Origin: Candidatus Heimdallarchaeota archaeon
Lineage (GTDB): Archaea; Asgardarchaeota; Heimdallarchaeia; Heimdallarchaeales; Heimdallarchaeaceae
Assembly: GCA_016840095.1 (NCBI GenBank)
Contig: JAEOSZ010000011.1
Coordinates: 1 to 64,000 of the forward strand
Direction: 5' to 3'
DNA: 64,000 nucleotides
The translations under genes were made by a program, and so were the position numbers. Below are positions 1-10,674 of this stretch, in pieces. Position 1 is the first letter of the stretch, and every line of letters starts with the position of its first letter. A model generated the notes under the pieces. That model searched no databases. It was not told the origin of the DNA and saw nothing but the letters and a program-made list of their open reading frames with translations.

Positions 1-68
1 GTGGCTAGGAGGGCTCTTAGTGTGAAAAATTGTCCTATGTGAAAGAATTTTATATTTTTCATAAACAT
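1..68 (-). CDS. Partial CDS (5' end only) running off the window start; hypothetical
   Basis: Reverse-strand frame is open from ATG at 68 (or 62): MFMKNIKFFHIGQFFTLRALLA. A purine-rich stretch lies just upstream, and the orientation matches the neighbouring genes. Confidence 0.45.
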   Translation of the reverse strand, partial: MFMKNIKFFHIGQFFTLRALLA

Positions 69-152
69 CGTTCTCTCTTTTTTATTGTAAAGCTACTTAC
101 CAAGTATTAAGTATTATGTAAAAAAAAAGATTGTGTTGGTGTTAACTAGAAA

Positions 153-527
153 TTATCTCTTGTCACCAACCGACATTAATGTCGTACCTATATAAGAAAC
201 CAACCCTGAGGCAGCTGCAATAATAATAACCCAAATTCCACCAATTTCTATATTTAATGCAGGGTTGCTACTTTGCCATACTCCGAGAAAAACAGTTAGT
301 AAGATTAGAGCTGCTAACATAAATCCTGTTAGAGTCAAATAGGCATTTTTTTCTTGTTCTTTGAAGGATGCCGAAACTGATCCCAGAGAGAAACCACCAA
401 TTATCCCTATTCCAAGGTAAAACAGAAACCACCAATATCTGTCTGTTAGTTGTACAATTGAAATTATCACACCGAAAATTCCTATAGCTGTTAAAGCTCC
501 ACCTATGAATGATGCTGGACGAGGCAT
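153..527 (-). CDS. Small integral membrane protein (about 4 TM), unknown function
   Basis: 124 aa with four hydrophobic segments; GAGATG-type RBS upstream. Confidence 0.75.
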   Translation of the reverse strand: MPRPASFIGGALTAIGIFGVIISIVQLTDRYWWFLFYLGIGIIGGFSLGSVSASFKEQEKNAYLTLTGFMLAALILLTVFLGVWQSSNPALNIEIGGIWVIIIAAASGLVSYIGTTLMSVGDKR

Positions 528-580
528 AATATCATCTCTATTATTTCTAACACCTTGCTTTCTATATTAATATTTCTAAA

Positions 581-976
581 TTATGTCAAGAATACTATGA
601 AAGTTGGTATAATAAAAAGTAAATCGGTTATAATGAACATACCTAGCATAATTGTTGAAACATGCACTATTCGTTTACCTTGCGGATATATAATCTGGAA
701 AATCACTCTAGCAGTCCAAAGGATTGACATCATGATTAGTACAATTTGAATTACAATAACAGTAGTCCATAACATGCTAGTTACAATTAATGTCAAAGAT
801 CCTAGCAGTAGTAATGAAAGAGCAAAAAAGAAATTAGAAGCTTTAATTGTATTCTTAAGATCTTCAGAAATTTCTGGCGTATAACTGAACCATCGATATC
901 TCCAAGGAACTATAAAGTGCCAAACAGCAAAACTAATTGTAATAACACTTCCAATCAATATAGGTACTTTAATCAT
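581..976 (-). CDS. Small integral membrane protein (about 4 TM), unknown function
   Basis: 131 aa hydrophobic ORF (HFxxPW and WxxR motifs); GAGGGA RBS upstream. Confidence 0.75.
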   Translation of the reverse strand: MIKVPILIGSVITISFAVWHFIVPWRYRWFSYTPEISEDLKNTIKASNFFFALSLLLLGSLTLIVTSMLWTTVIVIQIVLIMMSILWTARVIFQIIYPQGKRIVHVSTIMLGMFIITDLLFIIPTFIVFLT

Positions 977-1109
977 TATTCCCTCTTTTACGAAGGAGTA
1001 TAAATTAGTTTACAATTCCAAGTGTAATCAAGCATCTCATTAAAAGTGCAATTTCAGAAATAGTTCATTCAATTTTACTCAGGTATAGATTTTTTCAACT
1101 AAACTCTAA

Positions 1110-2123
1110 TTAGTTAGCTAAAGGTCGAACTCTTTCTACCATCTCTCTCTCGAATTTCTCATTTTCTTCATAATTTGGAGAATGTGCAGATTCCTCAAAC
1201 CAAATTAAATCCTTCCTTGGAGCTTTAAGATGGTTGTAAAATTCCTCTACTAGTTCTGAAGGAGTATTATAATCATATCTTCCTGCAAAAAAGCAAATAG
1301 GTACTTCTACTTCTTTTATTGTGTCCATAAAACTAGGCATTTCCATAAGTGGTTTCCACATTTTGCTTAGAGAGAATAAAGCCCCTACTAAGAATCTAAA
1401 TCCATCAAGAAGATTATATTCAGGACTATTGAAATTATACTTAAGTAAGATCCATGACTTTGTGGAATGATAGAACCAACCTCTGAATTTTGTCAGCCAT
1501 CTTCTTTGTACATTAGTATATCTTAAATCCCAAATTTCCTTGTCTTTTATTTTTTCTAGCTGTTTGATAGCCTTCTTGTTCTCTAGTTTCTTAGCTGTAT
1601 CTGTTACAAATTTGTATGAAATTCTTTCTCCCTCAGCAAGATGAACACACTGACCAATTCCTACATATGAATGAAAATGTTCAGGATATTTCTGAACTAA
1701 TGTCATTCCTAAGAAACTTCCCCAAGAATGACCAACTAGAAAGATTTTCTCTTGATTAAAACGTTTTTTAAGGATTTCAATTAGCTCTAAAGCATCATTC
1801 TGATAATGATCGAAAGTGATACTTGATTTCAGAATTCTTAATCTAAATGATTTACCAGCACCTCTTTGATCCCAATGAACTACTGTAAAGTGTTTTTCCA
1901 AATTCTTTTGAAAAAAGTTAGCTAAAGACATTTCTGTACTTCCTGGTCCTCCATGAAGGAATAGTAAAATAGGATTGATTCTATTATGACTTCTTATCAA
2001 TATAAACTGCTTCAATCCTCCAAGTTCTATCTTTTCAAGGGAGGCTATACTCTCTGGTATAACTTTCCCTTGTGAATTTAGTATCTTTTGAGTTCTAGAT
2101 GTAAACCATCTAAATAGGAACAT
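1110..2123 (-). CDS. Alpha/beta hydrolase, proline iminopeptidase-like
   Basis: HGGPG oxyanion motif, WDQRGAGKS, GHSWG nucleophile elbow, GRYD acid and SAHSP His. Confidence 0.9.
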   Translation of the reverse strand: MFLFRWFTSRTQKILNSQGKVIPESIASLEKIELGGLKQFILIRSHNRINPILLFLHGGPGSTEMSLANFFQKNLEKHFTVVHWDQRGAGKSFRLRILKSSITFDHYQNDALELIEILKKRFNQEKIFLVGHSWGSFLGMTLVQKYPEHFHSYVGIGQCVHLAEGERISYKFVTDTAKKLENKKAIKQLEKIKDKEIWDLRYTNVQRRWLTKFRGWFYHSTKSWILLKYNFNSPEYNLLDGFRFLVGALFSLSKMWKPLMEMPSFMDTIKEVEVPICFFAGRYDYNTPSELVEEFYNHLKAPRKDLIWFEESAHSPNYEENEKFEREMVERVRPLAN

Positions 2124-2334
2124 ATATGCAATTTAATTCAAATATCTTATATCTTTATTTCTCTTAACACAGAGGAAAGTTCCGAAAATTATTTCGTAAG
2201 CTTGAAGCATTATATAAGAAGATACATTCTAGAAAGGTAGGGTATTGTATCTAGACTTCTGTAGAAGACAAAGGTTCATCTTCTGAAAAGGTGGAGTAAA
2301 CAAGAAGGTAGTATTCTTTGCAGTATTCTGAAAA

Positions 2335-3231
2335 CTATTTTTTGACTTCGTTTTTCTTTTTCTTTTTAACTTTCGATCTATCAAAAACTGTTGATAAAGC
2401 CATATCTATATTCTTTATCACATGGAAGATACGACAAGTTCTAACATACAATTTTCTTAGGAATTTAACGAACCTGTTTTGATCTACTATTCCAATTTTA
2501 TAGAAGAGATATTGTTCTCTTTCCATCCCACTAATACAAATCTTTCCCAGAGGATTAGTAATTGTTAACCAACCATTCCAATAATGTCCCCCTTCCTCAC
2601 CAAATCGATTTGCATTGATCAACCATGCATCATAGCTTCTAGCGAGATAACCTGTTCCAAACCATCTTGGATCTTTGTCATCAGCTAAACTGTGAATAAT
2701 TAAATCAAGTTTATTCTTTCTTAGAGCTTTATTTACTCCCTTATTTTGAACTTCATAACAAATAACAGTACCAATCTTGATATCTTTGATGTAATCAACA
2801 GTAACAGGTTTATCTCCAGGATTGAAGAAAGATTCCCTCATCTTAGTTTTTCTATGAACGGAACTAATCTTTCCAGATGGATCAATAAGGACTTGTGAAT
2901 TATAGAATTTATCCCCATCTTTTTCATTTATACCAAAACTCACGAAAATATTATTCTTCACTGCTATTTCAGAAATAATCTCAGATGTCTTTCCTGGAAT
3001 GGTTTCGGCAATTTTGTGGTGATATTCAGCAGTTTTCTTAAAATTGAAAAACCATCCATTGATTGTTTCACCAAATACTATCAGTTCTACAGAAGGATTG
3101 TTCTTTTTAATTTCTTCAATGAACTTGACCATTTTTTGTACGTTCTTATCAGGATCTTCATCACAAATAATTGAGGTAGTTGCTACATTGAGATTTTTAT
3201 TAGCTTTTGAAACTCTATATAATATTTTCAT
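2335..3231 (-). CDS. Carbon-nitrogen hydrolase (nitrilase superfamily)
   Basis: Glu-Lys-Cys triad in VFGE, HRKTK and ICYE; FYNSQVLIDPSG; NANRFGEE. Confidence 0.9.
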   Translation of the reverse strand: MKILYRVSKANKNLNVATTSIICDEDPDKNVQKMVKFIEEIKKNNPSVELIVFGETINGWFFNFKKTAEYHHKIAETIPGKTSEIISEIAVKNNIFVSFGINEKDGDKFYNSQVLIDPSGKISSVHRKTKMRESFFNPGDKPVTVDYIKDIKIGTVICYEVQNKGVNKALRKNKLDLIIHSLADDKDPRWFGTGYLARSYDAWLINANRFGEEGGHYWNGWLTITNPLGKICISGMEREQYLFYKIGIVDQNRFVKFLRKLYVRTCRIFHVIKNIDMALSTVFDRSKVKKKKKNEVKK

Positions 3232-3287
3232 GAAACCACTTCCGATAATTATGTTAAGGACTTAATAAGTTTTGTTAAAACTAGATG

Positions 3288-4331
3288 CTATCTATTCAGG
3301 AATTTTTTGATTGGAATACTGTATATGTTAAATATTTTTCCAATTCTAAATCCCAGGATTTCATCATTGGGAGAGATCTGAAGGCTCTCATCTAATTTCA
3401 GTTCCGATGATTCCCAATGTGTAACCTCAGTTTCTTTGAGCAGTAATACTAGTGATTTGAGTCTCAGAGCATGTTCAGTCTGTTCATCATTGAATTCATC
3501 CAGAGCTCCAATTATAGCTTCATCAGCTACTTTAGGGTTGCTTTTATAAAGGACGTTTTCTGTGATTGCAACTAATGAATTATCTGATTTTTTTCTAACA
3601 AAAAATGTATGCATAAAAATGTTGAATTCTTCTATGAAATATTGCATCCTTCCTCGTAACCGCTCAACAGGAAAAGACTCATGTTCTGAAGAGTCTGTTC
3701 CAATATTCCAGATTACTTCAAGTAGCTTAGCATACTCATTTTCAATTTCATGAAAAGTATCACTATTTGTATAGATTATCTCCAGTTCCTCTTTCTCTAA
3801 TTCTTTAGTTGCTTCTTTCTCCAACTCAAGTATTTCTTCAAAGCTCAATTCACGGATCACTGAAAAATAATGTCTGTTTTCAGATGTTTTCTCTACAAGT
3901 AATTTTTTCTCAAGAATTTTCGAGGAAATACTATCCTTCTCAGCATGCATAGTTATTGTAGTGAGGAAAGCTGGTGTCTCTTCCCTGATTGCATTAAGTA
4001 ATCGTGTTCCACAACCTTTACCTCGTTTATCCTCTTTCACAAAAATTTGAAGAACTCCATTATTCTGATTATATACAGATTCCTTTCTATATTCAAGTCT
4101 TGCATAACCCACTAACTCTGATTGACTCTCTAATTGTTCTAATGCGAGTATGTATATTATTCCAATTTCTTCATCTTCTGGTTGATTGAGAGGTTTAAGA
4201 TAATAGTTAAGATCATGGACTGGCATATCTGAGTATTCCATATGTCTAGCTTTCATCAAGATTGCTAATTCTTTTTTCAGAGTATTTGGAATTTCAAAAT
4301 GAGAGTATGTATTTGTTATGAAATTAGACAT
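3288..4331 (-). CDS. GNAT family N-acetyltransferase (tandem GNAT-like)
   Basis: Acetyl-CoA motif VKEDKRGKGCGTRLL; the C-terminal half looks like a second, degenerate GNAT. Confidence 0.75.
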   Translation of the reverse strand: MSNFITNTYSHFEIPNTLKKELAILMKARHMEYSDMPVHDLNYYLKPLNQPEDEEIGIIYILALEQLESQSELVGYARLEYRKESVYNQNNGVLQIFVKEDKRGKGCGTRLLNAIREETPAFLTTITMHAEKDSISSKILEKKLLVEKTSENRHYFSVIRELSFEEILELEKEATKELEKEELEIIYTNSDTFHEIENEYAKLLEVIWNIGTDSSEHESFPVERLRGRMQYFIEEFNIFMHTFFVRKKSDNSLVAITENVLYKSNPKVADEAIIGALDEFNDEQTEHALRLKSLVLLLKETEVTHWESSELKLDESLQISPNDEILGFRIGKIFNIYSIPIKKFLNR

Positions 4332-4334
4332 TCA

Positions 4335-5819
4335 CTACAAATCCATTTCTGCAAGTTGAGTTTTAATCTTAGCTACTTTATCCTTATTGAGAGTATTCAA
4401 TCTCCAGAAAACTAGAGCTCCTATCAGAACTAAGATACATGGAATTAATCCAGTATGGAAATTGATTCCCCACAAAGCAATAGGTGTTTGAGCAGCTCCT
4501 TCAGTTGTTGTATCTAAACCTGTTAATTCGTGAATAGCCCAGAATGATAGTGCTTGAACTGCATAAGATAATCTTCCAAAGAAAGCTCTGAAACCTAGAA
4601 ATATACCATCGTTTCTTTTTCCTGTTTTTACTACGATTTCATCTATTGAATCTGCCATTGCAGGTGTCATGATCAACCAGAATCCACCAAAACTCATCCC
4701 CCAAAACACCATAGCAATGATAAATCCTATTTGTGTTCTAAGGAAGATTAGTGGAATGAAACATACTGAAATTGATAAGGCTGCGATGGTAATCATTTTT
4801 TGGTTATCTTTAACTCTCTTAAGGAGATAATACCAAAGAGGAATCGCAATTAGTGCCCCCACTAACATTCCTGCAAATACCAAAGTGGTCTTATCTACAT
4901 CTCCTAAGAAGTATTTACCTACATAATGTATACTTCCCGTCAAAGACATTGTTGCTGCTTGATAAAAGAAGAAGAGCAAAATGAAAGCCACATAATTTCT
5001 GTGAGTAAAAGCTTTTCTTAATTGAGTGAAAAATCCTTCCTTAGGTTCATCTGATTCAACACTCCTCATGTATCTTTCAATCATTTTTGGAGTTTCTTTA
5101 ACACCAGGAATCATTGTAAATATCAAGATAAATCCAGTAATGGAAAATACCCATCCATTTGTTATAAAAGTTGCAGAATGATTAACCACAGATATCGGAA
5201 GAATACTATTCTCAAATAAGAAGGTTGGATATAAAGTCCTAATAATTGGTTCAAAATCACTATAAGTAACAAGAAATGTTGGAAGTAGTGCTCCTGCTGC
5301 TATACCTAGTACACCAATAACAATGGCTATACTTGCTGCTTTATTTCTAATTGAATGACTTCTAAATTTATCAACAAATGTACTTTGATAATTTACTTCC
5401 CAGACAGAATATAGAGTATCATACAAACAGATTGTTAAAACTAACCAAGCAAAGACTGCTCCATCATTTCCTCTGATACCTTGTGGAACAGCAAATACTA
5501 GTACAAAAGAAAATACCCACACTAAAGCACCAAAGATGATCCATGGAAAACGTCTTCCTAGTTTCTTTGAAAGTCTTGTAGGTCTTTCAGTTAGAAATCC
5601 AACTATGGGATCATTAACCGCATTCCAGATTGAATAAATAATTAAAGCAACGGTTACCATCCAAGTTTTTAATCCTAACTCTATCTCAAAATAAAAGAAT
5701 ACTAGTGCTCCAAATGCACCTGTGAAGAATTCTGCAAGAAATTTACCTACTCCATAAGATGACATAACGCCAATTGTGCGTGCAGGAGAGGTTTCTGTTG
5801 AATCGATTTCAGCAGCCAT
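4335..5819 (-). CDS. MFS transporter, glycoside-pentoside-hexuronide (MelB-like) family
   Basis: WNAVNDPIVG...GRRFPW N-terminal motif, ADSIDE...TGKRNDG motif, about 12 TM. Confidence 0.9.
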   Translation of the reverse strand: MAAEIDSTETSPARTIGVMSSYGVGKFLAEFFTGAFGALVFFYFEIELGLKTWMVTVALIIYSIWNAVNDPIVGFLTERPTRLSKKLGRRFPWIIFGALVWVFSFVLVFAVPQGIRGNDGAVFAWLVLTICLYDTLYSVWEVNYQSTFVDKFRSHSIRNKAASIAIVIGVLGIAAGALLPTFLVTYSDFEPIIRTLYPTFLFENSILPISVVNHSATFITNGWVFSITGFILIFTMIPGVKETPKMIERYMRSVESDEPKEGFFTQLRKAFTHRNYVAFILLFFFYQAATMSLTGSIHYVGKYFLGDVDKTTLVFAGMLVGALIAIPLWYYLLKRVKDNQKMITIAALSISVCFIPLIFLRTQIGFIIAMVFWGMSFGGFWLIMTPAMADSIDEIVVKTGKRNDGIFLGFRAFFGRLSYAVQALSFWAIHELTGLDTTTEGAAQTPIALWGINFHTGLIPCILVLIGALVFWRLNTLNKDKVAKIKTQLAEMDL

Positions 5820-5872
5820 ATCTCAATGAGAAGGTAGTAATTAAAAAAACTTCTGCAAAAGCATTGAGGGAG

Positions 5873-7750
5873 TTAATCGGTGAAAACTTCACTTATTTCC
5901 GAAATCCATTCTGCAGATTGATGTTTGAAATAAGTCTCATAAAGTTCAGAGTACAATCCCTCTTCATCCATTAAACTCTCATGATTTCCTTCTTCAACAA
6001 TTTTTCCTCCATCTAGAACTATAATTCTATCAGAGTTCTTTATTGTTGTTAGACGATGTGCTATAACTATCGATGTTCTATCAGCAAGAAGCTTATCTAA
6101 TGCTTCTTGAATCTTCCATTCAGTATATGCATCAACTGCTGCTGTTGCCTCATCAAGTATCAAAATTTTCGGATCTATCAATAAAGTTCTCGCAAATGAA
6201 ATCATTTGACGTTGTCCAGCTGATAACCCCCTACCTCTCTCACCTAACTCTGTTTCCAACCCATCAGGTAATGCATCTATAAATTCTTGAGCTGCTACAA
6301 TGTCTATAACTTTCTGTACATCAGATAAACTAGCATCAGGTTTACCATATCGAATGTTATCTAACACTGTTCCACTAAATAAAAATACATCTTGAGATAC
6401 TAATCCAATTTGAGATCTGAGAGAATGAAGGTCATATTCTCTAATATCAACATCATCAATTTTTATTGAACCTTCAAAGATATCATAGAACCTCATCAAT
6501 AATGAAGCAATAGTAGTTTTGCCTGCTCCAGTGTGTCCAACAACAGCTATTGAATCCCCTGATTGAATTTCGAGATTGATATTGTTAAGCACTGGTTCTC
6601 CTGGAACATATTGGTGGTGAACATTTTCAAAGGAAATATTTCCGAATAATTCTTTTATCACCGGATTAGGTGGATTTGTGATTTCCTTCTTAGCATCGAT
6701 TATATTGAAGATTCTCTCCATTGCTGCAAAACCACTTTGGATAACTGAAAACTGAGATGCAACTTGAACAAGAGGATATAAGAATCTATTAAGAAGCAAG
6801 AGAAACAACAAGATAACAGCAGGTGAAGCAAGATCACCAAAAATCAACCAACTTCCATAGAGGGTAATTCCAAAGACACCGATTGTACTAATACCGTCCA
6901 TTAATGGCCAAATACCCATCACAGCAAAAGCTCTTTTCTTTGCATGGAAGAAAGTTGCTTCATTTAGTTTTTTGAATTCCTCTCTAGATTTTCTTTCTCT
7001 ACCAAAAGCTTTGGCAACAGAAATTCCCGCCACACTCTCCTGAACTGCTGCATTAACTTCTCCAATTGCAGCTCTCCATTTCCCAGTTGTTAATCTAGTG
7101 ATTCTTCTAAAAGCTAATGCAACGATGAAAACAAAAGGAGCCATTCCAAGTGTAATGAAGGTCAATCTCCAGTTAACAACAAACATCCAGATAAGAACAG
7201 ATACCATTACAAAGGAGTTAGAAATAAATTGCGAAATAACGCTAATCATCTGACTCAATTCTTGTGAATCGTTGGTAATTCTGCTCATTATCTGACCAGT
7301 AGATCTGGTGTCAAAAAACATCAGATCATGATTCTGCAAACTTATGTAAGTATCTACTTGAATTTGCTTGATAATTTTCTGTGATACCTTCACAACTAAA
7401 ATATTCATAAAAACCTGAACAACCCACAAAACTAAAACCAGAACAACATACCCTATAACAAAGGGTAAAATAGCATTCCATATATTAATCTGGAAACTCC
7501 AAAGGTAAACAATAGACGGAATTATCTCAACAGATTGTGGAAATGGATTCACTCTTTTTGTCAGTATATCGAAAATACTTTGAACCATAGAAGGAGGTAG
7601 TATAGATAATATAGCTGCTACCAAAATCAGTACGATGATAAAGACTAATTGGGCTTTATGTTTTTGTAGAAAGCGCCAAAATCTCTTGAGAAGTTCTATA
7701 TCTGAATATTCTCTGTCATACGATTTCTTGAATTCTTCTTCTTCTGACAC
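5873..7750 (-). CDS. ABC exporter half-transporter (TMD+NBD), consensus Walker B
   Basis: 6-TM domain, GHTGAGKT, LSAGQ, ILDE, AHRL. The GTG start overlaps the upstream stop codon. Confidence 0.93.
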   Translation of the reverse strand: MSEEEEFKKSYDREYSDIELLKRFWRFLQKHKAQLVFIIVLILVAAILSILPPSMVQSIFDILTKRVNPFPQSVEIIPSIVYLWSFQINIWNAILPFVIGYVVLVLVLWVVQVFMNILVVKVSQKIIKQIQVDTYISLQNHDLMFFDTRSTGQIMSRITNDSQELSQMISVISQFISNSFVMVSVLIWMFVVNWRLTFITLGMAPFVFIVALAFRRITRLTTGKWRAAIGEVNAAVQESVAGISVAKAFGRERKSREEFKKLNEATFFHAKKRAFAVMGIWPLMDGISTIGVFGITLYGSWLIFGDLASPAVILLFLLLLNRFLYPLVQVASQFSVIQSGFAAMERIFNIIDAKKEITNPPNPVIKELFGNISFENVHHQYVPGEPVLNNINLEIQSGDSIAVVGHTGAGKTTIASLLMRFYDIFEGSIKIDDVDIREYDLHSLRSQIGLVSQDVFLFSGTVLDNIRYGKPDASLSDVQKVIDIVAAQEFIDALPDGLETELGERGRGLSAGQRQMISFARTLLIDPKILILDEATAAVDAYTEWKIQEALDKLLADRTSIVIAHRLTTIKNSDRIIVLDGGKIVEEGNHESLMDEEGLYSELYETYFKHQSAEWISEISEVFTD

Positions 7751-9504
7751 TAATTTCCCTCCTGATAAGTAATTGGTGGTAGTTCTGAAAACCGCTCAAA
7801 TAATCTTCTATAATCTATATTTCTTAGTATAAGTTCATCGTGAGTCCCACTATCTCTAAGATAACCATCTTTCAGAACAATAATGAGATCAGCATTTTTG
7901 ATAGTGGCTAGTCTGTGAGTGATAATGAAGGTGGTTCGATCTTTTAACACATTAGCGATAGCAGTTTGTATTTTTCTTTCTGTTTCTGCATCTATAGCAG
8001 AGCTAGCATCATCGAGGATTAGAATAGATGGATTAACTAGAAGAGCTCTTGCAATAGCAATACGCTGTTTTTGTCCACCGCTTAGAGTAACTCCTCTTTC
8101 TCCTACTATGGTGGAATATCCTTTATCAAAACTCTCAATGAATTCATGTGCTTGAGCTAGTTTAGCGACCTCAATGATTTCCTCTTTAGTTGCACTTGGT
8201 TTTCCATATGCTATATTGTCTTTGATAGATTTACTAAAAAGAAAAACTTCCTGTTCAATTACACCTATATGGTCTCTCAGATGGGATATTCGCATATCTT
8301 TAATATCAATTTTATCGATGAGGATATTTCCCTCAGTAGGATCATAAAGCCTCATAAGTAATTTTATTAGAGTAGATTTGCCTGAACCAGGATTCCCAAT
8401 TATTGCAACTGTAGACCCTCCTGGTACATCTAAATTAATGTTGTTTAAAGACTTTTTTCGGCTACTTTTACCATTATATGAAAAAGAAACTTTTTCGAAT
8501 CTTATTTCTCCTTCACATGTTCTACAATCTTCTGGAGAAGGTGACTCTTCAAGCTTGATTTTCTTTTCTTTCATTTCATAAACTCTTTTTGCTGCTGCCA
8601 TTCCTATTTGAAATTGTGTTATAGCCCATCCAAACTGCCAAGTTGGCATAACTAAAGTCATCATAAGAAACACAAATGTTATCAATTCTCCAATACCTAG
8701 TCTCCCATTGATAACTTCATATGATCCCCAGACGAAACTTAAAGTTATTAATAGAAAAGTAAGAATTACAGGATAGTATTTTGCACTAATTATTCCCCTT
8801 CGAGTATTAATCTCTCTCAGTTTGTCTGTTTCTCTATCAAATTCTTTGATTTCTGCTTGTTCTTTAACAAATGCTCTGATTACTCTTATTCCTGTAACAC
8901 TTTCCTGTAAACGTGCATTCAAAATACTGTTCTGTTCCATTTGTGCTTGGGATATGGGACGTAAATTCTTATTATAGTCTCGAATTGTTACAATGTAAAT
9001 AGGTAGACCCATAAGCAGTAAAAGAGTCAATTTAGGGTTAATCCATATCATTAAAGATACCGAGAAAATAAGTGTAAATGTACCTTCAAATAGGAACTTT
9101 ATACCTGGGGATATGAAGATGTTCATCTGTCTGGTGTCATAAGTTGCTCTGGCCATAACATCCCCAATTCTTACTCTATCGTGAAATTCTTGACTCTTCT
9201 CAAGCATTCCTTTGTAGAATTCTTCAGTTACATTTTTTGTTATTTTATGAGCAAGTATTTCATTTGCATAACTTTGAGTAAAATCAGCTGTAGCTCGAAT
9301 TATTCCCGCTCCAGCTATGAAAAGAGAAGCACTTACAATTACTTTAAATGAACTGTTTTCTTTTGCTAGTTCAGTAAAAATATCTCCTATAAATAATGGA
9401 GTGATAGACACAGTTCCGATGAATACTATCAGAAAAATAAGCAAAATAATTGATAGTAACCTCTCCTTCAGTATATGTTTGAAGAACCAGCGTCTATGTC
9501 CCAT
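7750..9504 (-). CDS. ABC exporter half-transporter (TMD+NBD), degenerate Walker B; heterodimer partner
   Basis: GNPGSGKS, LSGGQ, ILDD (catalytic E replaced by D). The start is more likely MGHRR at 9504 (GAGG RBS upstream) than 9546. Confidence 0.92.
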   Translation of the reverse strand: MGHRRWFFKHILKERLLSIILLIFLIVFIGTVSITPLFIGDIFTELAKENSSFKVIVSASLFIAGAGIIRATADFTQSYANEILAHKITKNVTEEFYKGMLEKSQEFHDRVRIGDVMARATYDTRQMNIFISPGIKFLFEGTFTLIFSVSLMIWINPKLTLLLLMGLPIYIVTIRDYNKNLRPISQAQMEQNSILNARLQESVTGIRVIRAFVKEQAEIKEFDRETDKLREINTRRGIISAKYYPVILTFLLITLSFVWGSYEVINGRLGIGELITFVFLMMTLVMPTWQFGWAITQFQIGMAAAKRVYEMKEKKIKLEESPSPEDCRTCEGEIRFEKVSFSYNGKSSRKKSLNNINLDVPGGSTVAIIGNPGSGKSTLIKLLMRLYDPTEGNILIDKIDIKDMRISHLRDHIGVIEQEVFLFSKSIKDNIAYGKPSATKEEIIEVAKLAQAHEFIESFDKGYSTIVGERGVTLSGGQKQRIAIARALLVNPSILILDDASSAIDAETERKIQTAIANVLKDRTTFIITHRLATIKNADLIIVLKDGYLRDSGTHDELILRNIDYRRLFERFSELPPITYQEGN

Positions 9505-9585
9505 GATATTTCCTCGTTTAATAATTAATTGTAACAAAAAGAACAAATGTAATTTAATAGCTTTATGATTCGACGTTTTTCGAAA

Positions 9586-10323
9586 TCATTTCTTTGTTTG
9601 AAAATCTTTAACTATTGATCCATCACTCATGTGAATCTGTCTGTCAGCTAAAGCAGCAGAGATTTCCGCATGAGTGACATAAATCAGTGTTTTTTTGTGA
9701 GTCTTGCTTAGGTCAATTAGTAATTGAAGTACTTTTTCTCCAGTTTTTGAATCCAGATTTCCAGTAGGTTCATCAGCAAGTAACAGCTTTGGATTGTTTG
9801 CTAATGCTCTTGCTATAGCAACTCTTTGTTGTTCTCCTCCGGAGAGCTGATCCGGATTGTGTGACCTTCTCTCGAGTAGATCTACACTTTTTAGCAGTTT
9901 TTCAACTCTTTTCTTCCTCTCTTCTTTTTCAAGATTAGCAAGAATTAAAGGCATCTCAATATTCTTTTCTGCGTTTATCTCTTCAAGTAAATTGAAATTC
10001 TGGAAAACATATCCGATGGTATCTCTTCTTAGAAAGCTTAATTCTTTATCCTTCATTGAACTTAGTTTCTTTCCATTAATGCTTATAGAACCTGAATCAA
10101 CATAATCCAATGCCCCAATTACATTTAGTAGAGTTGTTTTTCCACTGCCTGAAGGACCTACGATAGAAACAATTTCTCCAGCACTAAAAGAGAGTGACAC
10201 ATTTCTCAGAGCCTGAACCTCAACTTCGCCCATTGTATAACTTTTAGAGACATCCTTCACATCAACAAAAATCTTCTTTGATGTTTTTCTAGTTCTTGGT
10301 TTGATCTTTTTCTTGTCACTCAT
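9586..10323 (-). CDS. ABC ATP-binding protein, LolD/MacB-like
   Basis: [46 protein letters not shown]. Confidence 0.93.
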   Translation of the reverse strand: MSDKKKIKPRTRKTSKKIFVDVKDVSKSYTMGEVEVQALRNVSLSFSAGEIVSIVGPSGSGKTTLLNVIGALDYVDSGSISINGKKLSSMKDKELSFLRRDTIGYVFQNFNLLEEINAEKNIEMPLILANLEKEERKKRVEKLLKSVDLLERRSHNPDQLSGGEQQRVAIARALANNPKLLLADEPTGNLDSKTGEKVLQLLIDLSKTHKKTLIYVTHAEISAALADRQIHMSDGSIVKDFQTKK

Positions 10324-10350
10324 CCAATAACATCTCCCAAGATGCTTTTT

Positions 10351-10662
10351 TTATTTATCTATTGGGAATCTTTCTTTCATTACCACAATTTCCTTTTTCC
10401 AAGCTTCTTCAAGATCAATATCCTGAAGAATACATAGTTGAAGAAATAAAGAAAAAGCTTGAGCAAATTCCCTCGGTAAATCTTCTTCTTTTGGTTTAGA
10501 ATGACCACTTTCTTCTTTATATTTTGATTGAAAAAGAAGGTGTTTCCCTATTTCACTTAGTTCTTCAAACAAATGAAGCAGAACATCATTTGCAGAGTAC
10601 TTAAACCAACCTCTTTCATTTAAGAAATCATATACTTCTTCTTGAATCTTATGAAGTTCCAT
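10351..10662 (-). CDS. MazG-like all-alpha NTP pyrophosphohydrolase family protein
   Basis: LFEELSEI, REFAQ and IDLEEAWKKE pattern; the last acidic metal ligand appears to be replaced by Q. Confidence 0.7.
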   Translation of the reverse strand: MELHKIQEEVYDFLNERGWFKYSANDVLLHLFEELSEIGKHLLFQSKYKEESGHSKPKEEDLPREFAQAFSLFLQLCILQDIDLEEAWKKEIVVMKERFPIDK

Positions 10663-10674
10663 CTAATTCATCTA

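Noticed and set aside
2124-2334. Intergenic region with short inverted repeats (AGATACA..TGTATCT at 2220-2252; CTTCT..AGAAG)
   Set aside because: The stems are short and expected by chance in AT-rich DNA; there is no recognisable RNA family or MITE termini.
5873-9504. Degenerate Walker B (ILDD) as a sign of pseudogenisation
   Set aside because: This is a normal feature of asymmetric heterodimeric ABC exporters, and both ORFs are intact.
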